Shown: piece after piece, positions 20,270-29,015 of the stretch | Numbering within the stretch: position 1 is the stretch's first letter | Layout of the letters: each line of letters starts with the position of its first letter | Assembly: GCA_014802625.1 (NCBI GenBank) | Contig: JAAVBX010000005.1 | Coordinates: forward strand, 125,879 to 189,878 | Length of the DNA stretch: 64,000 bases | Source: a bacterium | Lineage (GTDB): Bacteria; Bacteroidota; Bacteroidia; Bacteroidales; Muribaculaceae | Direction of reading: 5' to 3' | Translations under genes and position numbers: made by a program | The notes under the pieces: model-generated | The model's input: the letters and a program-made list of their open reading frames with translations, nothing else | Databases searched by the model: none | Told to the model about the DNA's origin: nothing

Positions 20270-20718
20270 TTGCGTTCATCCCTTTTAAACTCGCTGTTAA
20301 ACAATAAGTTATAGCTTTTGCTTTTCATGCACAAGCCACTAGCAAGCACACTATAATGCAAAAATAATAAGAATTATCTAATATTCAAAATAAATTCTTA
20401 TTGAATCAGCATAAAAATTATTCCCCAATATTGCTTGTAATAGTGGGGATTTAGAACAAAACTATTTCTTCAAATGTGTTTTAACATATTTTAACCATGC
20501 TATTTACTCGCGTAAATTACCTTAAAATTCTGGGGCGGTGAGAAGAGAGTTGTGACAGATTTTTAAATTGCAATCTATTCATAACAGTAAGTTATGGCAG
20601 AAAAGATGTATGAAAAAAGAAATCGGGTGTTTGATGGGGCTACGATAATAAGCTAATACAAAGGCTTAAAGACGGATATGTCCTCTATTACTGACTTGCG
20701 GATAAAAAATTTTTTTTA

Positions 20719-20726
20719 TAAATTTG
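20719..20726 (+). promoter_or_regulatory. -7 promoter element for the island operon
   Basis: TAAATTTG with CTTG ~20 nt upstream. Confidence 0.55.
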
Positions 20727-20778
20727 CAACGTTGAGTTCAATAGAGAGCTCATAGAAATAAATTTAACACGAAAGTGT

Positions 20779-20950
20779 CTTACTGATTCTCAAGGAATGA
20801 AGCCTGGAAAACTTCTAACCTCGATGAGAGATGAAGTGGACACTCTCGCGTCATAGACTCACTATGGCGGGAGAGCTTGTCTCATATCTTTCATTAGCGG
20901 TTTTTTCCAGGCACCGATTCCTTAAGATGTGTAGGCGGCTCTTCCGCTTT
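20779..20950 (+). ncRNA. Rod-like structured leader RNA
   Basis: aaggaat/attcctt, gcctggaaaa/ttttccaggc, ctctc-gcgtcatag/ctatggcg-ggagag; alternative pairing gcgggagagc/gctcttccgc followed by T-run. Confidence 0.65.
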
Positions 20951-20996
20951 TGTGTATTGTCAACCTTCCTGGAGCCGGGAAATTAAATTAAAGATC

Positions 20997-21800
20997 ATGA
21001 GCAAGGGCTTTGCAGATTATCTAATTGCTATGGCGCGTGAATTTGACCGTGAACTTTGGCGGGATATGGATGGAGTCGAAGTTCCTCTTTTCAGTGAGAG
21101 ATATGATGAATGGCTGAAGACAGAGAGTAAGATCTCAGAGTCGTCCCAAGTGAATTATAAGCGTTGGCTTCGAAAGGCGGATGAATGGATATGTCATTCC
21201 GACCGCGACTTCTGGACGTTGCTCACCAAGGCATGGCAGTCTTCCGATATCGATACTGTCCGGAAACTATGTTTTGAATATGAGGCGGAGCTTTCAGAGG
21301 AGAAGGCGAATGCAGAGAAGGATAGTGAATATGGTGAATCTCCCAAGGAGATGGGAAATTGGATTACGGCTTTCAGAAACTATGTGAAATTCCTTGATAA
21401 GGAGTTGGAGAAAGCCGCAGTGGATAAGAAAGCGTTGGCGGCAATGATTAAAGCCTCACGCAAAACAGCCCACAACCTTTTTCTATCCAATCAGTTCATC
21501 AGCTGGGGGGTGAAGAAAGGCAAGCAGGAGGTTACTATGGAATCCTACGTCAGCAATATCAAGAGAATAAACAAGGAACTCTTCTGCAAGACGGGTTATG
21601 ACTTGCTGTTCGACTTCCTGCCCAGCTATGTTAAGACCAAAAACAGGGCAAAGATTGACGAGATGTTCGACGCCATGCTTAAAAAGCTCGACGAGCGTAT
21701 CGACACTTATAATGAGAATGAAATGAGTGTCGACGCTCTTGAGAATTGCCGGTGCGCCATGAGAGATTACTACACTTTTATCAAGGCCGTTGTCGGCTGA
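20997..21800 (+). CDS. Hypothetical protein with two integrase-N/SAM-like helical repeats
   Basis: YDEWL..ISESSQVNYKRWL..TAFRNYVKFL and FISWG..EVTMESYVSNI..CAMRDYYTFI. Confidence 0.7.
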   Translation: MSKGFADYLIAMAREFDRELWRDMDGVEVPLFSERYDEWLKTESKISESSQVNYKRWLRKADEWICHSDRDFWTLLTKAWQSSDIDTVRKLCFEYEAELSEEKANAEKDSEYGESPKEMGNWITAFRNYVKFLDKELEKAAVDKKALAAMIKASRKTAHNLFLSNQFISWGVKKGKQEVTMESYVSNIKRINKELFCKTGYDLLFDFLPSYVKTKNRAKIDEMFDAMLKKLDERIDTYNENEMSVDALENCRCAMRDYYTFIKAVVG

Positions 21801-21863
21801 TAAATTCGTGCTCACTCTTAATACTAAATCACTATTTTACAAACGTTTGTAGACTACCACAAA

Positions 21864-24800
21864 ATGAACCTATCTATCCTGAAAAATGAAATCCATGAGA
21901 TGGAGAGCGAATATATTGATGAAGCCCTGAAAAATAAAGCAAAACGATGGCTGGCAGATTTCAATACTGAGGTTGAGAATATTAAGCAGTATCGCGAACG
22001 TGAGATACTTGAACTTCTGCAGAATGCCGATGATGCGGGAAGTAGCAGGGTTGATATCATTCTTGATACCCAGCACAAGACTCTTGATGTGAGAAACAGT
22101 GGTCCTGATACAATTCCTTTCAAGGAGGAAGGTATCAAATCCATCATGTGTGCCAACCTTAGCCCTAAAAAGGGGTTGAACTATATCGGCGCCAAGGGGT
22201 TGGGATTCCGGTCTATTCTCAACTGGTCGGATCATATAATCATCAGAAGCGAAAATGTGGAGATGGAATTCAGTAGCGGTAGAGTGGCTGATTTCTGGAA
22301 CAGCCAAATGGCTCCTCATCTCAAGGAGCTTTCCAAATATGAGACCGCTGCGGTCAGGGAGCACAGGCAGGTGCCGCTTTCCATTCTCGCTCTTCCTACT
22401 GGCAGGGAACTGGATGATGTGGATTTCACATCGATCGTCATGCACTATGCTCCCGCGCTTGAGAATCAGATAATCAGAGATCTAAAGTCTTTCCAGCCGA
22501 CATCACTTCTATTCCTTCATAATCTCAAGTCGATTTCAATTTCCGTTGACGGGGAGACAATAGCCTATTACAGCAACCGGATATTAGCCGACGACAATGG
22601 ATTCATAACCTCTGAATTAGCCGGTAAGAGATGGATTTCAAAGGTAGAAGGGGGTAAAATACCTATTGACGGGATTGAAAAAGATTACGAAATCGGGTGT
22701 GCTTACTGCATAGATGATGAGGAATATAATGTGAATCCCATATATAGCTTCTTCCCAACTCGCGACATTTTCGGCCTCCCCGCCATCCTGCATGCCACTC
22801 TTGAGCTGGATGCCTCCCGCAACCATCTTATACTCAGAAATGAAGTGAATAAGGTTATGATAGATAAATTAGCCGACATCATTTCCAAAATGGCGGAGTA
22901 TCTCAAGGAGCAGGGCACCACATGGGATGCCTACAGGCTGATGCAGCCCAATCCTATGTATAAGGGAGGAACCGTATATGAGGATTATATGTTTAGAAAG
23001 CTGTATTCACGAAAAGGGGATTACATTCCGCTTTTAGGTGGAGGATACGGAAATTTGAATAATTGCTGGTATCTGGATGATGAATTATTCGATATCATTT
23101 CCATTACGGAATCTGGTCCCTCTATATTCAGTAACATGAGGCTAAAAGAAGGGAGAGAAATTCTATGCCTGGTAAATCAGGAGTTCAATTGCGATATAAA
23201 ATGGAGAATCGAGAAGTTTGCATCGAAAATTGATAAGGATACCTTGGCTTCCCTGATTGTGGCTCTTCAGAAATTCGCTTCCCGCCGTGGTCTGAAACTT
23301 GACTGTCATATCTTCAGGGATGACACTGATACCACTATCTTCGGCACCGCATTCATTAATGAAGGTCAGAAGGTAGAGGATATTCCTTCGTGTATGGAAT
23401 TCGATTATCTCGACGATGATCTTGCCGTAAAAATAAAGCAGCTTCTGGATCTGCCCGGAGAAAAGCCATGGCAACGCGAGATGGCGGATCGGCTGTCGGT
23501 GGTAGGCAGAATTTCATCCTCCGATATTTCATCACTCACCAACCGAATGGTTCCCAAGAGCGAAGATTCGCGCAGACCGGTGGCTGAATATAAGGAACAG
23601 ATGAAATCTCTATTTAAGATCTTCCTTAAAAGAGGAAGAGATTTCACCATCAGCGAGGGGAATGAAGCATGGCTTCCAAACGAAACGCTCTCCACGAAAT
23701 GGCAGAAAGCGTCACACCTCATAGCGGCCGACAGCAGATTCCCTGACGGATTCAAAAATCTCGGCATCTCCCCTTCTCCCCTTCCCCGGGAAAGATGTGT
23801 GGCCTATCCTTATTTTCTGGAGGAAGTCCCCGGGAATGATGCCTCTTCAATTCAGGAGTTTTTGGTAAAGCTCGGAGTGAATCTTTACTTCTGCAAGACT
23901 CCCATGCATTATGGTTCGGACCAGAGTTACATAGATTCGCTTGATATTCCTGAGGAGGTCAAGGCCAACTGTTCATGGAAGGATGCTGAGCGCGAGGCTA
24001 GGAACACCGCATATATCGCTGACAGGGAAATCCTGAACAGTCTCAGGCTCCCCGATCTGATCAAACTCCTCCTAAAGTCTGGATATGATGAGCAGGTATG
24101 CTCGGGCCAGCAGATTGACTGGTTTAACTCGAAGTATAAAGAACCCGTTACAGTTGATATGAGCTACGCTGCCTACCTTCTACGCACCCAATCAGCTGCC
24201 TCGCAACTAAAGTACTATGCTGTTGAAGATCATGAGTGGTTGCCGGGGAAAGTGGCGAAGGAAGATCAATTGGAGCTCAACGATGATGATCCCAGGATTC
24301 TCAGATTACTGCTGGCTCTCGGTGCTTCCGCAACTTGCGCGGATTTCGGCACGGAGGATTTGTATCAGGTGCTTCAGGAACGCACCGACAGAGCCAAGGC
24401 GCAACATGATTCCAAGGGTTTGAAGTCTTTCTACCATAAGATAAAGATGGCGTTGAATGAACACACTTCGGTGAATCCTCCGGCAGATCTGCGTCTTGCC
24501 TGCAAAATCGGTGATGAACTTCAATTCTTACCCGCGAACGAGATCTTTTACAGCGATAACGTCGGAATCAGAAGCTTGAGAAACCGTCTTCCCATCATAG
24601 AGATGAGCTCCCGCGAAGGTGAGGATATCGTGAATAGGGTATTCGGATGCCGGTTGATCAAAGACCTTAAATTTGAACTTGTCGAGGGAGAGATGACCCC
24701 AGTTCTAACCGACCAACTCAACCAGAAACTGGCCACCATCAAGCCGTATGTCATTGCCTCAGCCACGAAGGAAGCGGGGAGCAAGGGCGGCAATATCGAC

Positions 24801-26273
24801 ACCCTTATCAGTAATGTCAAGAGCGCGCTCGACCGTCTATATATCAGTGTGGTAAGTCAAGGCGAGTATAGACTGTCTAATGGGCCTGAGGGTAGAACCC
24901 ATTCTATCCGGATGGAAAACGGCGAGCTGCGATTTTTTGATGGTAAACCTTTCATCTGCGGTGATTATTCCCGATTGGAGGAGGCGCTGGAAGATCCATA
25001 TTTCTGCAATGGCATTGTGGAGGCGATAGCCATAGCCTTGAAGCTGAACGGCGGCGAGAATGTCGACAGGTTCCTGCGTCTGCTCAAATCATCCAAGAAA
25101 GAATTGGATTATATCGCGGAGAATGAATTTGATGAATCGCTTTGGGCTAAATGCGAGAAAACGACCGGATTATCGTCATCTGAGGTAGAGTTCTGGCGCA
25201 CTGTATTTGAATATGACGGGATCGCGGATAGCTTTGACGAGGAAGCACTGAAGAAGACACCGAGAAGTTATCTTGTCGCTAAATTAGGGATAGAGGCGGA
25301 TAGAGCCGACATCCACAGTTTCATCACCTATCACAGACAGCAGCTGAAGGGAGTGAGAAGCCGCTATGAGGCGACCTACCTTGCCGGCGTCCATGCCCTT
25401 CTCAGCGAGATGGATGATGAGGCAAAAACGAGGTATGTTGAGTTTAAGGAGAATTTCCTCAGCGACGACTGGATTGAGGATATAGCCAAAAATATCCGAT
25501 ATGAGGTCGAACCTGATTATGAATATTTGATCGAGAATTATATCACGTATAATTTTGATTTTGAGGCTGAGAAACGTGAGGTCGGCATTCTTCCCCGTCG
25601 ACATGATGAATATCTTCTCGGTCATGACTTCCATGAACTCCGATTGAGCCCTAAGGATGAGAGTCTTCTCTATTTCGATGGGTATGAAGATTATTTTGCC
25701 CGGAAGATAGAACAGCTGTTCCCGGCCGAAAAAGAGGATGATGAGAATGATAATCAGACCGGGAATGGAAGTCTGAAGACTCCGGTGATTACAGAGATAG
25801 AGGAGGTGGAGACTCTTCGTCCTAGTGTCGGGAATGATAGTACAACCAAATCCTCTCAAAGAAGACAGCCTTCTGAAACCGCAAAGAAAAGGAATGGCCG
25901 AAAAGCCGAGGATATTGTTTTACGCGCCTTTTCCCTCCCAGACTCTGAATATGAGATCGGAGAAATCTATTCTGAATACCTGGCTACCAAGAACGGACTT
26001 TCCGGAGACGATTCCCGAGGTTATGATCTGGAGTATCGTAAGAAGGGATCGGCTATCTACCGATGTCTTGAAATCAAGAACTGCAGTTCGGGGGAAGACA
26101 TCAGACTGACAGCCCATGAATATGAGGTTTCGCAATCTACGGAGTGTCGTGATCGTTATGATGTGGCGTTGGTGACAGGAGATTCAATCAGGATTTGGAA
26201 AGATGCCTTCAAAAATCCGGATTCCTATTCCCTTATCCCCGAAGGTTATCACGTGAGATTTAAGATTAAGTAA
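21864..26273 (+). CDS. Sacsin/NOV-type GHKL ATPase fused to a C-terminal DUF3883 PD-(D/E)xK nuclease
   Basis: ELLQNADDA, NSG..PF, IGAKGLGFRS, SFFPT..HATLEL; C-terminal GRKAE..GYDL..LEIK..LTAHE. Confidence 0.88.
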   Translation: MNLSILKNEIHEMESEYIDEALKNKAKRWLADFNTEVENIKQYREREILELLQNADDAGSSRVDIILDTQHKTLDVRNSGPDTIPFKEEGIKSIMCANLSPKKGLNYIGAKGLGFRSILNWSDHIIIRSENVEMEFSSGRVADFWNSQMAPHLKELSKYETAAVREHRQVPLSILALPTGRELDDVDFTSIVMHYAPALENQIIRDLKSFQPTSLLFLHNLKSISISVDGETIAYYSNRILADDNGFITSELAGKRWISKVEGGKIPIDGIEKDYEIGCAYCIDDEEYNVNPIYSFFPTRDIFGLPAILHATLELDASRNHLILRNEVNKVMIDKLADIISKMAEYLKEQGTTWDAYRLMQPNPMYKGGTVYEDYMFRKLYSRKGDYIPLLGGGYGNLNNCWYLDDELFDIISITESGPSIFSNMRLKEGREILCLVNQEFNCDIKWRIEKFASKIDKDTLASLIVALQKFASRRGLKLDCHIFRDDTDTTIFGTAFINEGQKVEDIPSCMEFDYLDDDLAVKIKQLLDLPGEKPWQREMADRLSVVGRISSSDISSLTNRMVPKSEDSRRPVAEYKEQMKSLFKIFLKRGRDFTISEGNEAWLPNETLSTKWQKASHLIAADSRFPDGFKNLGISPSPLPRERCVAYPYFLEEVPGNDASSIQEFLVKLGVNLYFCKTPMHYGSDQSYIDSLDIPEEVKANCSWKDAEREARNTAYIADREILNSLRLPDLIKLLLKSGYDEQVCSGQQIDWFNSKYKEPVTVDMSYAAYLLRTQSAASQLKYYAVEDHEWLPGKVAKEDQLELNDDDPRILRLLLALGASATCADFGTEDLYQVLQERTDRAKAQHDSKGLKSFYHKIKMALNEHTSVNPPADLRLACKIGDELQFLPANEIFYSDNVGIRSLRNRLPIIEMSSREGEDIVNRVFGCRLIKDLKFELVEGEMTPVLTDQLNQKLATIKPYVIASATKEAGSKGGNIDTLISNVKSALDRLYISVVSQGEYRLSNGPEGRTHSIRMENGELRFFDGKPFICGDYSRLEEALEDPYFCNGIVEAIAIALKLNGGENVDRFLRLLKSSKKELDYIAENEFDESLWAKCEKTTGLSSSEVEFWRTVFEYDGIADSFDEEALKKTPRSYLVAKLGIEADRADIHSFITYHRQQLKGVRSRYEATYLAGVHALLSEMDDEAKTRYVEFKENFLSDDWIEDIAKNIRYEVEPDYEYLIENYITYNFDFEAEKREVGILPRRHDEYLLGHDFHELRLSPKDESLLYFDGYEDYFARKIEQLFPAEKEDDENDNQTGNGSLKTPVITEIEEVETLRPSVGNDSTTKSSQRRQPSETAKKRNGRKAEDIVLRAFSLPDSEYEIGEIYSEYLATKNGLSGDDSRGYDLEYRKKGSAIYRCLEIKNCSSGEDIRLTAHEYEVSQSTECRDRYDVALVTGDSIRIWKDAFKNPDSYSLIPEGYHVRFKIK

Positions 26274-27046
26274 TGGATAGAACAGAGAATAAAAAGAGCA
26301 TTACTTTCCCCGATTTGCTCAATATGCTCGATGGCCCTGAGCTTAATGATGTGGGTATCGAAGTAGTGGTGACTGATTTTGAAGTGGATGAGGATAATGG
26401 GTTGAGACGTGCGGAGAAGCTGAAAGATGAAGGGAAGACCGTATTGGGAATCGGAATCCTGCCATTTGCCGCTGTTGGAGATAAGGGTGTGTTGGATGCT
26501 CTGGTCCGGTGTCAACAATTGCACCAGATTGCCGATGGCTGTGTATTGGTCAACAGGGAATCCTTGCGTTCAAAAATCACTCCTTCTTCTTTGTCATTCT
26601 CGGAGGAAATTGAATCGGTAGAGGAAGAAGTGGATAAAATCATTCTTAACATAAGGAAGGGATTATCTGACATTCTTCTGCCTGGAAAGATCAATATTGA
26701 GTCATCCGTTTTAAGGGAAGTCTTGCGAGATTGCGGCACATTACTGATTGTCCGGGGCGCAGGTACGGGTGCTGACAAAATGGAAAAAGCACTTAAGGAG
26801 GCATTTGATAAGGCAGCCGAAGGAAGGTATGACATCCATACCGCTCGCAAAATGATCATCAAGCTACTTGTATCCCGGGGTACGGAACTGAGTATGGATG
26901 AGCTCGGAAAGCTTCAACAATTCCTCTCCACTCTCCCCAATAATATTGAGGTAATATTCGGAACAGGCAACTCAAATAATGACATGGTGGAATTGGAGGT
27001 CGTGATACTTGCGACCGGGGTAGATGCAGTCTTACGGAAAGTTTAG
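26273..27046 (+). CDS. Degenerate FtsZ/tubulin-like protein lacking GTPase motifs
   Basis: GIGILPF..G, GLSDILLPGKINI, GAGTG..A..A, VIFG, VVILATG align to FtsZ; no GGGTGTG; NLDFAD replaced by NIESSV. Confidence 0.8.
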   Translation: MDRTENKKSITFPDLLNMLDGPELNDVGIEVVVTDFEVDEDNGLRRAEKLKDEGKTVLGIGILPFAAVGDKGVLDALVRCQQLHQIADGCVLVNRESLRSKITPSSLSFSEEIESVEEEVDKIILNIRKGLSDILLPGKINIESSVLREVLRDCGTLLIVRGAGTGADKMEKALKEAFDKAAEGRYDIHTARKMIIKLLVSRGTELSMDELGKLQQFLSTLPNNIEVIFGTGNSNNDMVELEVVILATGVDAVLRKV

Positions 27047-27066
27047 ACCACAATAATCATAGTGAT

Positions 27067-27849
27067 ATGTTAGGCGCAGTTGCAGGAGATATAATAGGCT
27101 CACAGTATGAGTTTGACATGAGCCAGACTTATGATTTTGAATTGCTGAATGATGAAAGTTTCTTCACCGACGATACAGTCATGACGCTTGCCGTGGCAAG
27201 ATGGTTGATGGAAACATCGTTATCCTCTGATGAACTGATCAATTCAATGAAAGAATTGGGTCGTCAGTATCCCTTTGCCGGTTATGGATCAGGATTCAAC
27301 AACTGGATTTGGAGTGAGAATCCAAAGCCATATAATAGCTACGGGAATGGTTCAGCAATGAGGGTCAGTCCGGTAGGATTATATGCCCATGATATGCAGG
27401 AAACTCTTGAATTAGCATATATTACAGCAGCTGTTTCTCATAATCATCCGGAAGGGATAAAAGGAGCTCAATCTACGGCAGCAGCCGTCTATATGGCGAA
27501 GAATGGATATACAAAGGAGCAGATACGCGAAGTATTGACAGCTTTATTCGGGTATCGCCTCGATACCTCTTTGGAGCAACTTAGACCGACTTACCATTGG
27601 TCAAGTGATTGTCAGCAATCCGTGCCGGAAGCAATACTCTGTTTTCTTGAAGGTGGAGATTTTGAGGATAGCGTCCGCCTGGCAGTATCGTTAAGAGGAG
27701 ATGCCGATACTCAAGCATCTATCGCGGGCTCGATAGCAGCCTGTATGTATCCAATCCCTGAGGACATTGCATTGAAGTGTAAAAAATGCCTAACCCAGGA
27801 TCTCCGGCGGATAATGAACGATTTTGAAAAGTTTATAGATGAAAGATAA
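27067..27849 (+). CDS. ADP-ribosylglycohydrolase (ARH/DraG family)
   Basis: GDIIG..YEF, TDDT, GNGSAMR, SHNHPEG, GDADT. Confidence 0.93.
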   Translation: MLGAVAGDIIGSQYEFDMSQTYDFELLNDESFFTDDTVMTLAVARWLMETSLSSDELINSMKELGRQYPFAGYGSGFNNWIWSENPKPYNSYGNGSAMRVSPVGLYAHDMQETLELAYITAAVSHNHPEGIKGAQSTAAAVYMAKNGYTKEQIREVLTALFGYRLDTSLEQLRPTYHWSSDCQQSVPEAILCFLEGGDFEDSVRLAVSLRGDADTQASIAGSIAACMYPIPEDIALKCKKCLTQDLRRIMNDFEKFIDER

Positions 27850-27856
27850 ATTATGG

Positions 27857-27887
27857 TAAGCGTGCGCATTCTGGATGCGTACGCTTA
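27857..27887. terminator. Hairpin between convergent genes
   Basis: taagcgtgcgcatt-ctg-gatgcgtacgctta. Confidence 0.65.
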
Positions 27888-27889
27888 TA

Positions 27890-28472
27890 TTATTGACAAT
27901 TTTCTTGTCGGTTTGGAATGGCGATAAATTCTGCAATCGAATTAAGGAAGAGGAAGGTTTCTCTGCCGGGTGGGAGAGGAATGACGGGAGCAAGAATCAA
28001 TAAAGAGCCACGGGAGCACTGCTCGAAATCATGGGCAGCCGGTTTCCGGCGCTCACCGAATGGCTGGTTAGAGATGAGGATAATCCTGCCTCCCGCTTCT
28101 TCACACTCTCGTCTGATTTCTTTTTCGGCTTGAGAAATGAATGGCGATACCAGTATGCCGCCATTTTCATACAGATGCTTCCTTCCTCATTCCGATATAT
28201 CTTCCGAGAGCACGGGGAAGATAATCGCGCGCAAAGATTGCAAAATGGATATGGTCAGGCATGATGACATATTGCAGGATTTGTAGGGATGGGTGTAGAT
28301 TTGGGAAATTGAGGATTTGTTGCTCGATAATTTCACCGATAATTGTTCTGGAGACCAAGGGATTTAAGGGGGAGCCCGAAATTTTAGAGAAAGGGGGACA
28401 AGCGGGGGCCTTGCTGATGGTGATATGATAGATGGAGCGGCCTCTGTAGTCATGCTTAGGATCCCTGCCCAT
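27890..28472 (-). pseudogene. REP-associated tyrosine transposase (RAYT, Y1), internally deleted and frameshifted
   Basis: HDY...YHIT..IMPDHIH HUH motif, then an out-of-frame C-terminal part GGILVSPFISQAEKEI...LLILAP; catalytic-Tyr segment not seen. Confidence 0.75.
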
Positions 28473-28510
28473 AGATAGAAAAATTAAAAGAATTTGAATT
28501 TAAGATTTTA

Positions 28511-28672
28511 GCCGCAAGCGGCTATGCTACTGACGGACAAGCTCAGCTGAAAGCGGCTAAGCGACTGACGGACAAGCTCAGCTGCGAGCGGCAGTGCGAC
28601 TGACTGACAAGCGCCGGCATCTTGGCTGCGAGCGGCTGAGTTTGTTCGTCAGTGCAAAGGCCGCTTGCGGTC
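28511..28672. repeat. REP cluster: three 35-bp direct units plus an inverted unit
   Basis: gccgcaagcggctatgctactgacggacaagctca-type units at 28511, 28546, 28581; inverted copy ending gccgcttgcggtc. Confidence 0.8.
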
Positions 28673-28678
28673 TTAATG

Positions 28679-28712
28679 AAAAATCCCGCAGGCATTTCTG
28701 CTTGCGGGATTC
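28679..28712 (-). terminator. tRNA terminator
   Basis: aatcccgcaagcag-aaa-tgcctgcgggattttt on the minus strand. Confidence 0.8.
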
Positions 28713-28721
28713 AAATTTGAG

Positions 28722-28809
28722 CGGAGTGACCGAGATTCGAACTCGGGATACGCTTTTGGCGTATACACGCTTTCCAGGCGTGCCTCTTCAGCCACTCGAG
28801 CACCACTCC
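28722..28809 (-). tRNA. tRNA-Ser(GGA)
   Basis: GGAGTGG acceptor, GCACGC-CTGGAAA-GCGTGT anticodon arm, long variable arm, GTTCGAATC; CCA not encoded. Confidence 0.97.
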
Positions 28810-28870
28810 AATTTCGGCTGAAACCATTACTTATGCCCGTGAGAATGGGCCGTATATCGGTTTTCGGATG

Positions 28871-28900
28871 CAAAGTTAGTAATTTTTGTTGGATTGTCAA
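28871..28900 (-). promoter_or_regulatory. tRNA promoter
   Basis: TAACTTTG on the minus strand with TTGA upstream. Confidence 0.55.
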
Positions 28901-29015
28901 GAAGTTTTGGCCGATTTTTATTGTTTTTTTACTAATTTTGTGGTGTAATATTAATATATAGCCCCTTCCGGGGTATGTTGTAACTGTCGGAAGGGGGTAA
29001 AACATATGATTCGGC

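Larger units (their letters stand above)
20171..28777. mobile_element. tRNA-Ser-integrated genomic island (no integrase visible)
   Basis: 99-bp identical direct repeats 20171-20269 and 28679-28777 (tRNA 3' half plus terminator). Confidence 0.85.

Noticed and set aside
20997-21800. Island integrase
   Set aside because: No R..HxxR..Y catalytic domain
26273-27046. Housekeeping ftsZ
   Set aside because: No GTP-binding signature, no C-terminal tail, not in a dcw cluster
28511-28672. CRISPR array
   Set aside because: Units are contiguous with no unique spacers, include an inverted copy, and there are no cas genes; the adjacent RAYT explains them as REPs
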